Source of the DNA: Dehalococcoidia bacterium
Lineage (GTDB): Bacteria > Chloroflexota > Dehalococcoidia > Lucifugimonadales > Australimonadaceae
Length of the DNA stretch: 64,000 bases
Assembly (NCBI GenBank): GCA_965261385.1
Contig: CBDHDB010000002.1
Span: forward strand, 1,989,091 to 2,053,090
Reading direction: 5' to 3'
Below, in pieces: positions 17,326 to 25,888 of the stretch. A program made the translations under genes and the position numbers. The notes under the pieces are model-generated. The model saw only the letters and a list, made by a program, of their open reading frames with translations. It made no database searches and was not told the origin of the DNA. Within the stretch, counting starts at the first letter, position 1. Each line of letters starts with the position of its first letter.

Positions 17326-17701
17326 TACGTCGGTTCTCATGCGACTGATCACCGCCCAGCCCGCCGACTCCTTCGCCCATTGTGTGAGGGAGTTGCGGAC
17401 CCTGGTCGAGAGTGAAGGCGCTGAGGTGTTCGCATCCAACCAGGTTGTCGGGGAAGCCTACGTCGCGGCTCAGCATCACTACCGCACCCCCGGCGGCGAC
17501 GTCCGGGCCGCTCTCCTCGGCGCGCTGCAGAGCGGCCTGGTGGCTCCGCTCAATGGCCGCTCCGTCCTGAATGCCCTGGAGACTTCCGACGGTCCAGGCT
17601 TGTTCGACCGCCTTATCACGGACGACTACGTGCGCGCAGACCTGGAAGTCCTAACGCTGGACCGGAAGATGGCCGCCTTGCCTCGCGTACGGACCCTCTG
17701 A
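17303..17701 (+). CDS. vapC: PIN-domain toxin (VapC-like)
   Basis: N-terminal GIDTSVLMRL, later acidic residues (..FDRLITDD.., VLTLDRK). 132 aa, in typical two-gene TA architecture. Confidence 0.65.
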   Translation: MTSRYGIDTSVLMRLITAQPADSFAHCVRELRTLVESEGAEVFASNQVVGEAYVAAQHHYRTPGGDVRAALLGALQSGLVAPLNGRSVLNALETSDGPGLFDRLITDDYVRADLEVLTLDRKMAALPRVRTL

Positions 17702-18045
17702 GCATCTCCCCCGCCTACCACGGGGACCTCGCAGCCCCTCTCCCATCATCCCCGCGCCCCCCACCCGTCACTCCCCCGCCCCCTTCCGTCATTCCCGCAA
17801 AAGCGGGAATCCAGGACGCCCCGTTCTCGTCATTCCCGCGCAGGCGGGAACCTCGCAGCGGCGCGGTAGCGGCGCGATCCATCCCCCTCTCCCCCGTCTG
17901 CTCCGGTCCTCTCCACCGTCTGCGGGGGAGAGTTAGAGAGGGGGCCGCCCCATCCGCTAATCAACGCCCCCGTCCTCCCCTTCCGTCATTCCCGCGCAGG
18001 CGGGAACCTCGCCCCCTCAGGTCCTCTGCGGGGCGCGAGTAGTAG
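17702..18045. repeat. Mosaic intergenic repeat locus
   Basis: A hairpins at 17792-17809, 17833-17850 and 17989-18006. C module at about 17905-17965. Confidence 0.85.
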
Positions 18046-18062
18046 GATGCGCCCGAGAGCTC

Positions 18063-18470
18063 GAAGTCCGCATCACCGCGCAGCGCCTGCAAGACGAGCG
18101 CACCGAGTTCGCCCTTCAGCAGCGCGAAGGCGACGGCTGGAGCGACCGCATCGCCCCACGCGCCCGTTTCCTCCCTGCGGAGCCGCCGCTCGACCGATGG
18201 CTGGTCAGCACGCCCGTCACCATCGCCGCGCCGGCCATGCTGCAGACCGAAAGCGCCGGCGAGATCGAAGTCCGCATCACCGCCCAGCGCCTGCAAGACG
18301 GGCGCACCGAGTTCGCCATCCAGCAGCGCCAAGACGACGCTTGGAGCGACCGGATCGCCCCGCGCGCCCGCTTCCTTCCCGCGGAGCCGCCACTCGACCG
18401 ATGGTTGGTGAGCACCCCCGTCTCAATCGCCGCGCCGACGAACAGGGCGACGGACAGGGCCGCCCTCATT
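18063..18470 (+). repeat. Tandem 204-nt (68-codon) duplication encoding an uncharacterised domain
   Basis: GAAGTCCGCATCACCGC..CAGCGCCTGCAAGAC.. begins at both 18063 and 18267. The peptides are EVRITAQRLQD(E/G)RTEFA(L/I)QQR..WSDRIAPRARFLPAEPPLDRWLVSTPV(T/S)IAAP. Confidence 0.85.
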
Positions 18471-19262
18471 GAGTTCTACAACGCCACGAACGGCCCGGAC
18501 TGGAAGAACAACACCAATTGGCTGAGCGACGCTCCCCTCGACCAGTGGCATGGAGTGACCACGGGTGACGATGGCCGCGTTGTGACGCTGAACCTCACGT
18601 GGAACCAGCTGGGCGGGCCGATACCGCCGGAGCTGGGCGGCCTGTCCAACCTGACGGAGCTGGTTCTTTGGGGCAACCAGTTGACGGGCGAGATACCGCC
18701 GGAGCTGGGCCGCCTGTCCAACCTGACGGGGCTGGTTCTCGCCGGCAGCCAGTTGACGGGCGCGATTCCGCCGGAGCTGGGCAGCCTTGCCAACCTGGGA
18801 GGTTTGTCCCTTTCTGACAACCAGCTAAGCGGGCCGATACCGCCGGAGCTGGGCAATCTCGCCAACCTGGGAGATTTGTCCCTTTCTGGCAACCAGCTAA
18901 GCGGGCCGGTGCCGCCGGAGCTGGGCAACCTCGCCAACCTGGGAGGTTTGTCCCTTTCTGACAACCAGCTAAGCGGGCCGATACCACCGGAGCTGGGCAA
19001 TCTCGCCAACCTGGGAGATTTGTCCCTTTCTGGCAACCAGCTAAGTGGGCCGATACCACCGGAGCTAGGCAACCTCGCCAGCCTGAGAGCTCTGCGGCTC
19101 CATGACAACCAGCTAAGCGGGCCAGTGCCGCCGGAGCTAGGCAACCTCGCCAACTTGAGAGAGCTGTACCTCCATGCCAACCAGCTGAGCGGGTGCATAC
19201 CGGGCAACTTGCAAGCCCAGTTGCTTGACTCTCCCGACCGTGACCTGCCGTTCTGCCCGTGA
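18237..19262 (+). CDS. Leucine-rich-repeat protein (plant-type 24-residue LRRs with LRRNT-like cap), probably 5'-truncated
   Basis: AALIEFYNATNGPDWKNNTNW..WHGVTT cap followed by about 10 repeats of L..L..L.LS.NQLSGPIPPELGNL. The reading frame is open upstream to 17961 and encodes a further copy of the N-terminal domain, but has no ATG/GTG/TTG before 18237. Confidence 0.75.
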   Translation: MLQTESAGEIEVRITAQRLQDGRTEFAIQQRQDDAWSDRIAPRARFLPAEPPLDRWLVSTPVSIAAPTNRATDRAALIEFYNATNGPDWKNNTNWLSDAPLDQWHGVTTGDDGRVVTLNLTWNQLGGPIPPELGGLSNLTELVLWGNQLTGEIPPELGRLSNLTGLVLAGSQLTGAIPPELGSLANLGGLSLSDNQLSGPIPPELGNLANLGDLSLSGNQLSGPVPPELGNLANLGGLSLSDNQLSGPIPPELGNLANLGDLSLSGNQLSGPIPPELGNLASLRALRLHDNQLSGPVPPELGNLANLRELYLHANQLSGCIPGNLQAQLLDSPDRDLPFCP

Positions 19263-19548
19263 AGCTCCGGGCTGCAGGGCTGCGAGGTTCCCGCCTACGG
19301 GGCAGCACCCCCCGGGACCAGGGGAAGCAGACGCCTGTCAGCGGCAGTAGGGCCTAGCGCCCCGGCCCTAACCCCATGCAGACGCCACAAGGACCAGGTT
19401 ACGCAAAGGGCTGGTCTGCGGTGCAGACTGAGAGGTGGTCGTCGCCTTTGTGACATTTGCCCGTTGCGCGAACGATCTCTCCCTCCATACCCTGTCCCCA
19501 TGGCCCAACAGACCCGCTCTGCCGCCCCTCCGATGCCCGCGAGCCGCC

Positions 19549-19640
19549 TGTCGCAATGTGTCGCATCTGTGTCGCAAAGTGTCGCATTCGCTGTCACAAA
19601 GTGTCGCATTCGCGTCGCGAAATGGAGCTGCACTGTCGCG
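19549..19640 (+). repeat. Helically phased array of 8 (T/C)GTC(G/A)C(A/G) motifs
   Basis: Motif starts at 19549, 19559, 19570, 19580, 19592, 19602, 19613 and 19634 (spacings 10, 11, 10, 12, 10, 11, 21). The array ends 31 nt before the ATG at 19671. Confidence 0.8.
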
Positions 19641-19670
19641 CCCGAAACCCACACTCAGGAGTGAAATAGC

Positions 19671-20078
19671 ATGGAAAACCAGGAAAATGCGACAGATTCG
19701 AGAAAAGCGGCCCTCTCGCCCAGACAGACCCTCTCCCTCCCCTACATCGCCGCCACCGCATCCCTCACGGCCGGAGCCAGAGCCGCCCGGATTCACCGCG
19801 CCACCCTTCACCGCTGGATGACCGACTCCAACTTCCGCGCCGAGCTCGAACGCCTGCGTCAGGACGCCGAGGCCCTCGCCCGCGTCGAGGTGCAAGGACT
19901 CGTCCTTAAAAGCATCAGCACCCTCGCTGAGCTCCTCGAAGACTCCAGCCCCACGGTCAGGGGCGCCGCCGTCCGCTCCGCCCTCTCCAACGCCCTCAAG
20001 ATCGGAGAGAACCGCGACCTCCGCCGCGAGATCGAGTTGATCGAGAACGCCCAGGCGATGGCGAGGCAGCAGCGATGA
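19671..20078 (+). CDS. Phage-type HTH protein (terminase-small-subunit-like N-terminal HTH plus coiled C-terminus)
   Basis: RBS AGGAG at 19657-19661. ..LSPRQTLSLPYIAATASLTAGARAARIHRATLHRWMTDSNFRAELERLRQDAE.. matches, from memory, a template common in tailed-phage contigs. Function not proven. Confidence 0.55.
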   Translation: MENQENATDSRKAALSPRQTLSLPYIAATASLTAGARAARIHRATLHRWMTDSNFRAELERLRQDAEALARVEVQGLVLKSISTLAELLEDSSPTVRGAAVRSALSNALKIGENRDLRREIELIENAQAMARQQR

Positions 20079-20434
20079 GAAGCGCCCTCCGCTCCCTCCA
20101 CCGCCACTACGCCTGTCTCGTAGCCCAGACCGCCCTCGGGCCCGTCGCCGACGACTATGTCGAGTGCTGGGAAGCCGCCTTGGAGCGTGGCGAGCCCCCG
20201 CCCGACCTCCCTGACCTCTTCCTGGCTGTCGCCTCCGCCGGCGTCCCCATCCTCAGCCACCTCCCAGTCGCCGCCTACCTCCGGGCGTGTGCAGAGGACG
20301 GACGAGTCCCCGAACCCCGGCGCATTGTCCAGGCCATCGCCCATGCATACGCCGAACTCGACATCAGGAACCTGGACAAGACCTGCCGCTGTCCCGCCGG
20401 CCGCCCTCTCATCGCACTCCCCTCGCGCCTGTGA
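20075..20434 (+). CDS. Hypothetical protein, translationally coupled (ATGA overlap) to the HTH gene
   Basis: 119 aa. No family recognised. The start overlaps the upstream stop. Confidence 0.45.
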   Translation: MRSALRSLHRHYACLVAQTALGPVADDYVECWEAALERGEPPPDLPDLFLAVASAGVPILSHLPVAAYLRACAEDGRVPEPRRIVQAIAHAYAELDIRNLDKTCRCPAGRPLIALPSRL

Positions 20435-20467
20435 CCGCCCATCTAATGACCTTGCACAACCAATCCC

Positions 20468-20625
20468 ATCATTGCCTCGAAAGTAGGCGCTCCGTTCCCC
20501 AACCCATCATTCCCGCGAAGGCGGGAACCTCGCAGCGCAGCGACAGCGGCGCGGTCCCTCCCTCCTCCCGTCTGTGAAGGCAGTCCTCTCCCTCGTCTGC
20601 GGGGGAGAGCTAGAGAGAGGGTCTG
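20468..20625. repeat. Mosaic intergenic repeat locus
   Basis: A hairpin at 20510-20527. C module cctctccctcgtctgcgggggagagctagagagaggg at about 20585-20621. Confidence 0.85.
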
Positions 20626-20805
20626 CGCGTTAGCCTGCAACTACCCCCGTCACCCCTGTCGAAACCCCCTCCTGATCTCTCTCCCGTGCCCGCGGTGAGA
20701 GGCGCTGGAGTGGGGCTGCACTGGCCCCCTACCCGACGATGCGCTACCCTTTGCGGCGGCCTTAGCGCGAAGGCCCTCTAATTCATCGATTGCGGAGGTG
20801 GACTC

Positions 20806-21750
20806 GTGACAGTCCTCATCACTGGCGGAATGGGATTCATCGGCTTGCACACGGCAAAGGCGTTCGTCGACGCGGGCGAAGACGTCGTCATCACCTACTT
20901 CCAGACCTGGCGCGAGCCCAGCTTCATCAAGGACGAGTTCGGCAAGCGCGTCATCGTCGAGAAGGCCGACGTCTCAGAGCCGGCCGTCATCGAGGAGCTT
21001 GCCAAGAAGCACAAGACCGAGCACATCGTCCACTTGGCCGTGCCCGGCATCGCCGCCCTCAGCCCCTACGACGACTACCGCGTCAACATGAACGGCCTCC
21101 TCGGCGTGCTCGAAGCGGCCCGCAATGCTGAGGTCAAGCGCCTCTCTCTCGCCAGCTCCATCGCCGTCTACCACAGCATCCCCGAAGGCCCCTACCGCGA
21201 GACCGATCGCCTCCCGATGGAGTCCTCCAACCCCACGGAGGCTTTCAAGAAGGCTTGGGAGGTCCTCTCCTACCACTACGCCGCCCGCACCGGCCTCGAA
21301 GTCGTCTCTATGCGGATCGGCGGCATATGGGGCCCCTTATACCACTCCATGATGAACCTCCCCAGCAGGCTCGCCCACGCCGCCGTCAACGGGACCGCGC
21401 CCAACTATGCCCGTGGCGTTCCCTTCGCCGAAGACACCGGCGACGTCTGCTATGTGAAGGACTGCGCCCTGGGCATCAGTCTCGTCCAACTCAAGGAGAA
21501 TCTCGAGCACCGCATCTACAACGTCAGCTCCGGCGTGGCCGTCTCCAACCAGCGCCTCGTCGATTCCGTCAAAGCCGTCAAGCCCGAAGCTGACCTGGCC
21601 CTCCAGGATGGCAAAGGCCCCGCCTACAAGGAAAACAACTACCTCGACATGAGCCGCGCCCGCGACGAGCTCGGCTTTGAGAACCGGTACACGCCCGAGA
21701 CCGCCATGGCCGACTACATCGCCTGGCTGGAAGAGGGCAACGAGAAGTAG
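20806..21750 (+). CDS. NAD-dependent epimerase/dehydratase-family protein (paralog of 12604..13569)
   Basis: MTVLITGGMGFIGLHTAKAFVDAGEDVV. Shares ..FKKAWEVLSYHYA.., NLPSRLAHAA and ADYIAWLEEG with the paralog. GTG start. Confidence 0.75.
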   Translation: MTVLITGGMGFIGLHTAKAFVDAGEDVVITYFQTWREPSFIKDEFGKRVIVEKADVSEPAVIEELAKKHKTEHIVHLAVPGIAALSPYDDYRVNMNGLLGVLEAARNAEVKRLSLASSIAVYHSIPEGPYRETDRLPMESSNPTEAFKKAWEVLSYHYAARTGLEVVSMRIGGIWGPLYHSMMNLPSRLAHAAVNGTAPNYARGVPFAEDTGDVCYVKDCALGISLVQLKENLEHRIYNVSSGVAVSNQRLVDSVKAVKPEADLALQDGKGPAYKENNYLDMSRARDELGFENRYTPETAMADYIAWLEEGNEK

Positions 21751-21755
21751 CGGGA

Positions 21756-22562
21756 ATGGCGAAGCTCTCCATCGGCGTCGTCGGCTGCGGCGCCATCGGC
21801 CGCGCCATCCTTCGCGCCGTCGACGACGGCCTCCTCGACGTTGACGTCGCTGGCGTGGCCAGCCGCACCGAGTCCACCGCCCGCGAGTTCCTCGCCTCGC
21901 TGGACAAGCCCGCTCCCTACCTCACCATTGGCGAGCTCATCGAGGAGGCCGACCTCGTCGTGGAGGCCTCCGGCGGGCCAACGGTCCCCGCCCTCGTCGA
22001 GGCGGCGTTCGCCGCGGGCAAGGGCGCCATGGTCATCAGCGTCGGCGCGCTCCTCGCCCATCCCGAGCTCTTGGACATGGCCCGCGAGAGTCGCTGCCGC
22101 CTCCTCATGCCATCCGGCGCCATCATCGGTCTCGACGGCATCAAGTCCGCTTCCGTCGGCAAGATCGACCACGTTGTCATGGAGTCCCGAAAGCCCCCCG
22201 CCGCCCTCGACGGCGCCCCCCACGTCATAGAGAACAACATCGACCTATGGGCCCTCGAAGAGGAGGAGGTCATCTTCCAAGGCTCCGCCCGCGAGGCATG
22301 CGTCGGCTTCCCCGCCAACCTCAACGTCTCCGCCGCCGTCAGCCTCGCCGGCATAGGTCCCGACCGCACGACCGTCAAGATAGTCGCCACCCCCGGCCTG
22401 CAACGGAACTGCCACGACATCGAGGTAGAGGGCGACTTCGGCCTCATGCGCCTCCACCTTGAGAATATCCCTGGCGAGAACCCCAAGACCGGCCGCCTCA
22501 CCGCCATGTCGATCATCCGCACCCTCCAGCAGGAGACCGACCCTGTCCGTCTCGGCACCTGA
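21756..22562 (+). CDS. nadX: Aspartate dehydrogenase-family protein
   Basis: IGVVGCGAIGRAIL.., EASGGPTVPALVEAAFAAGKGAMVISVGAL.., LMPSGAIIGLDGIKSASVG. Confidence 0.7.
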   Translation: MAKLSIGVVGCGAIGRAILRAVDDGLLDVDVAGVASRTESTAREFLASLDKPAPYLTIGELIEEADLVVEASGGPTVPALVEAAFAAGKGAMVISVGALLAHPELLDMARESRCRLLMPSGAIIGLDGIKSASVGKIDHVVMESRKPPAALDGAPHVIENNIDLWALEEEEVIFQGSAREACVGFPANLNVSAAVSLAGIGPDRTTVKIVATPGLQRNCHDIEVEGDFGLMRLHLENIPGENPKTGRLTAMSIIRTLQQETDPVRLGT

Positions 22563-22590
22563 CCCACACCCCTGCTCGATGACGCAAATC

Positions 22591-22618
22591 GGCCCTCGAC
22601 AGATGATGGTCGAGGGCC
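22591..22618. terminator. Hairpin between convergent genes (possible bidirectional terminator)
   Basis: GGCCCTCGAC (22591-22600), 8-nt loop, GTCGAGGGCC (22609-22618). No strong U-tract. Confidence 0.4.
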
Positions 22619-22649
22619 GCCATTGTGTCTGACTCGGGCCAAGAGGACG

Positions 22650-23540
22650 TTAGAACGCCATCGCGCCCACGCCGGCCGTCACCAGGAGCGCCGACCCCCA
22701 GCGCGCACGCACCTCGCGGCGCGGCTCGCGCCGGTCCAGCATCCTGCGCAGGCTCATTCCCGTCGCCGCGACCCACAGCAGCAGAAGCACCGGCCGAGTC
22801 GACATGATTGCCGAGCTGAGGGATATCGGCCCCTGGTCAATGGCCGTCAGACCACACCAGAAGGCCAGGACTACCACCACTTGGGCCAGCCCAACCAGCG
22901 CCAGCGCGCCCTTGGAGCGGAGCGCTGCTGCTACCTGTCCCATGCCGGATACCCTCGCCGCAGCCATGACTCCGGGGAACGCAAAGAGCCAGGAGATCGC
23001 ATACATCTGCCAGACGGAAACTTCGCTGGACGCCGACTTCGCCAGAACGGTGTAGAGCGCAATGCCTGCCGACGCCGTGAACACCGCCAGGACGGACCGG
23101 TTGATCTGCAGGCGGTTACCCGGCAGCGTCTGAGCGAAGGAAGCCACCATCACTCCCGCCATCACTAATAGCGCCGCGCCCCACTTGAAGAACGTAACCT
23201 CTTCCCCAAGCCACACGACCGCCATCACCATCACGAACAAGGGATAGGCGTCGAGCACCGGGACAATGCGCGAAACGTCCGACGTCCGACGCAACGCATA
23301 GCTCGACAAGAGCTGGATGCCGACGTGAATGACGCCCGCCAATGCCATCGCCGCCACGCCCCACGAGGACCAGTCCGGCGGCGAGGCGATCAGGATTGCC
23401 ACGGCCACGCCGATGTGCGCCATACCGGCGAGCGCAGTGAACGTAACGGCTCCAACGTATCTATCGAGCGCGTGCTTCTGCAAGAGCGTATAGGCGGTGA
23501 AGGCCACCGCGGATATCAGGGAGAATGCCACCCAGTCCAT
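22650..23540 (-). CDS. EamA/DMT-family transporter
   Basis: 10 predicted TM segments with a duplicated EamA-like architecture. 296 aa. Confidence 0.75.
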   Translation of the reverse strand: MDWVAFSLISAVAFTAYTLLQKHALDRYVGAVTFTALAGMAHIGVAVAILIASPPDWSSWGVAAMALAGVIHVGIQLLSSYALRRTSDVSRIVPVLDAYPLFVMVMAVVWLGEEVTFFKWGAALLVMAGVMVASFAQTLPGNRLQINRSVLAVFTASAGIALYTVLAKSASSEVSVWQMYAISWLFAFPGVMAAARVSGMGQVAAALRSKGALALVGLAQVVVVLAFWCGLTAIDQGPISLSSAIMSTRPVLLLLWVAATGMSLRRMLDRREPRREVRARWGSALLVTAGVGAMAF

Positions 23541-23744
23541 GTAAGTCCTTGGTCCTGCCCAATGGCGTCTTCCCGCTTAGACCAGAAACGAGCACCCGAA
23601 TCACGAATGAAAAGGCTGCTCATTTTGCAGCCCCGCTCTGTACAGCGGGGCCAGCGAACATACGCGTCCGCCGGGTCAACGCACCTGGGCGTTGTGTTCA
23701 ATTGCTCCTGTGGTCAGTTGCTCTCGCCTGTCGCTCTCCTCGCT

Positions 23745-24002
23745 CTATTCGGTTTGTCCCTGAGCCTCTATCTGTAGGATTTCCAAAATCCCTGCATGGT
23801 TCACGCCTTTGTCCGATAACTCGGCGGCGCGTCTGATCAATGCAAGCTCCGCGTCCGAATACCGCCTCGTGCCGCCCTCGGTGCGATCAGGCTCGAGGAT
23901 GCCGGCGGACTCGAATGCTCGGAGCTTGTGCTCCGGGACCCCCGTGAGCTCGGAGGCCACACTTATGGGATATTTCCCAGTATTGGCGTCTGCCTCTGCC
24001 AT
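23745..24002 (-). CDS. MerR-family transcriptional regulator (HspR-like)
   Basis: YPISVASELTGVPEHKLRAFESAGILEPDRTEGGTRRYSDAELALIRRAAELSDKGVNHAGI. Confidence 0.75.
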   Translation of the reverse strand: MAEADANTGKYPISVASELTGVPEHKLRAFESAGILEPDRTEGGTRRYSDAELALIRRAAELSDKGVNHAGILEILQIEAQGQTE

Positions 24003-24259
24003 GTATATATTCTACCGACCAGCAAGAGATTACTCAATGGGTCTGGCCCACATCATTCCCCCCGTCCTACGGATAACCTCACCAATCTCTACAGTATTTC
24101 TATTGCCCTACACCTTGGATGGAAGGCTCCTCTTTGTCCTTTCTCTTGGGGAAAAGAAAAAGATCGGCAAAGGGGCGCTTTGGGCATGATGAGGCCGCGG
24201 CAGGGCCGCCGTGGGCGAACCGTTAGGCCCTATGCGTTACCATCCCTGGAGAACTCTCC

Positions 24260-25861
24260 ATGAACAACGTTGAGCTCACCGTCCATATGCTCGAACGCGC
24301 CGGCGTTCGCTGGGTCTTTGGCGTTCCCAGCGGTCCCGTCCTGCCCCTCATCGAAGCCCTGCGCCGCAGTAGCAAGGTCGACTTCATCCTTACCGCGAGC
24401 GAGACCTCCGCCGGCTTCATGGCCGAGACCGTCGGACGCCTCACCGGCGTTCCCGGCGTCTGTGTATCCACCGTCGGCCCCGGCGCGACCAACCTCGCAA
24501 CCGGCGTCGGAGGTGCCTTCTTGGACCGCTCCCCTGTCATCGCCATCACGTGCGACTACGCCACCCGCCTCATCGGTAGGCGCACCCAGATGTGGATCGA
24601 CCACCAAGCCCTCTTTGCGCCCATCACAAAGGCTTCCCTCCGAGTCTCCGAGGGCGCCGTCGCCGCCGTCATAGCCCAGGCCATCGGGATCGCAACCAGC
24701 GAGCCTCCCGGCCCCGTGCACCTCGACTTCCCCGAGGACGTCGGCGCCGCCGAGGCCGTCGAGGACGCGGTCCACCCCGTCATCCCCACCGCGCTTCCGC
24801 CCCCGCCTGATGCCCTTGCAAACGATATTCGCGCCCTCCTCGAGACCGCCGAGCGCCCCATGGTCGTGGCTGGCCTCACCCTCACCCGCGCGCGCCGCCC
24901 CGAGGCTCTCCTCCGGTTCATCGACTCCCAGCGCGTCCCGTTCGTGACCACCCTGCACGCCAAGGGCTTCCTGCCTGACTCTCACCCCGCCGCCCTCGGC
25001 GTCATGGGCCGGGCTCGCCGCACCGACGTCCAGCGAATGATTGATCGAGCAGACCTCCTCCTCGCGGTCGGCTTCGACCCCGTCGAAATCGACTACGAGG
25101 AGTGGGCGAAATCTACGCCCGTCGCGCACCTCGGCACGGAACCCGTGCAGCCCGATACGCCCATCACCCTCGCCTATCAGGCCGTCGGCGACATTGACGC
25201 CATCATCGAGGCCCTGGCCGGGGTCGCCCCCCAAGCCAACCGGTGGGACCCCGCAGATTGGGCTGAGCATCGCCGGGGCTTTGCGGAAGCCCTCCGCCCT
25301 CCCGCTAACGGCATGGCCGCCCACCACGTCATCGATGAGCTCCGCGCCATGCTCCCCCATGACGCCGTAATCGCCTACGACGTGGGCGCCCATACTCACC
25401 AGATCGCCTCCCAATGGTCGACCGACCTTCCCCACACCGCCGTGGCCACCAACGGCTGGTCGTCGATGGGCTACGGCATGCCGTCGGCCTACGCCGCCAA
25501 GCTGGCGCGTCCCGAGCGGACTGTCGTCAGCGTCGTCGGCGACGGCTGCTTTCAGATGACTGTCGGCGAGCTGGCCACCGCTCGCCGCCTCGGTTTGCCC
25601 GTCCCCGTCGTCGTCTTGAACGACGGCTGGCTCAGCCTGATGAAGATCAAGCAAGACCGGTCCGCCTTCCCGTCCTCCGCCGCGTTTCTAGGCGAGCAGT
25701 GCGACCCTCCCTCCAACTACTTCGGCGTGCCCGTCCGCCCCGTCCACACGCCCGCCGCCCTGCGGGACGCCCTCCGCTGGGCCCTCTCCCTGGACGGCCC
25801 CACCGTCATAGAAGCCTTCATAGACCCGGAGCCCTACTCGCAGACCGTGTTCGACGTCTAA
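24260..25861 (+). CDS. Thiamine-diphosphate-dependent enzyme (acetolactate synthase large-subunit-like)
   Basis: N-terminal TPP_N (VFGVPSGPVLPLIEAL..), central domain, C-terminal GDGCFQMTVGELATA..VVVLNDG. Confidence 0.8.
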   Translation: MNNVELTVHMLERAGVRWVFGVPSGPVLPLIEALRRSSKVDFILTASETSAGFMAETVGRLTGVPGVCVSTVGPGATNLATGVGGAFLDRSPVIAITCDYATRLIGRRTQMWIDHQALFAPITKASLRVSEGAVAAVIAQAIGIATSEPPGPVHLDFPEDVGAAEAVEDAVHPVIPTALPPPPDALANDIRALLETAERPMVVAGLTLTRARRPEALLRFIDSQRVPFVTTLHAKGFLPDSHPAALGVMGRARRTDVQRMIDRADLLLAVGFDPVEIDYEEWAKSTPVAHLGTEPVQPDTPITLAYQAVGDIDAIIEALAGVAPQANRWDPADWAEHRRGFAEALRPPANGMAAHHVIDELRAMLPHDAVIAYDVGAHTHQIASQWSTDLPHTAVATNGWSSMGYGMPSAYAAKLARPERTVVSVVGDGCFQMTVGELATARRLGLPVPVVVLNDGWLSLMKIKQDRSAFPSSAAFLGEQCDPPSNYFGVPVRPVHTPAALRDALRWALSLDGPTVIEAFIDPEPYSQTVFDV

Positions 25862-25888
25862 GCGTTCATCCGTCCATCCGTCTGCGAG

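Noticed and set aside
18237-19262. Diversity-generating retroelement or retron associated with the repeat-rich LRR and 44-residue-repeat genes
   Set aside because: There is no reverse transcriptase ORF, template-repeat/variable-repeat pair or msr/msd-like structure anywhere in the window. The repeats are ordinary tandem duplications.
19262-19548. tRNA, attachment site or integrase remnant next to the phage-like HTH cassette
   Set aside because: No tRNA-like structure or integrase fragment could be found. Only fragments of the mosaic repeats are present (19280-19300 and 19400-19440).
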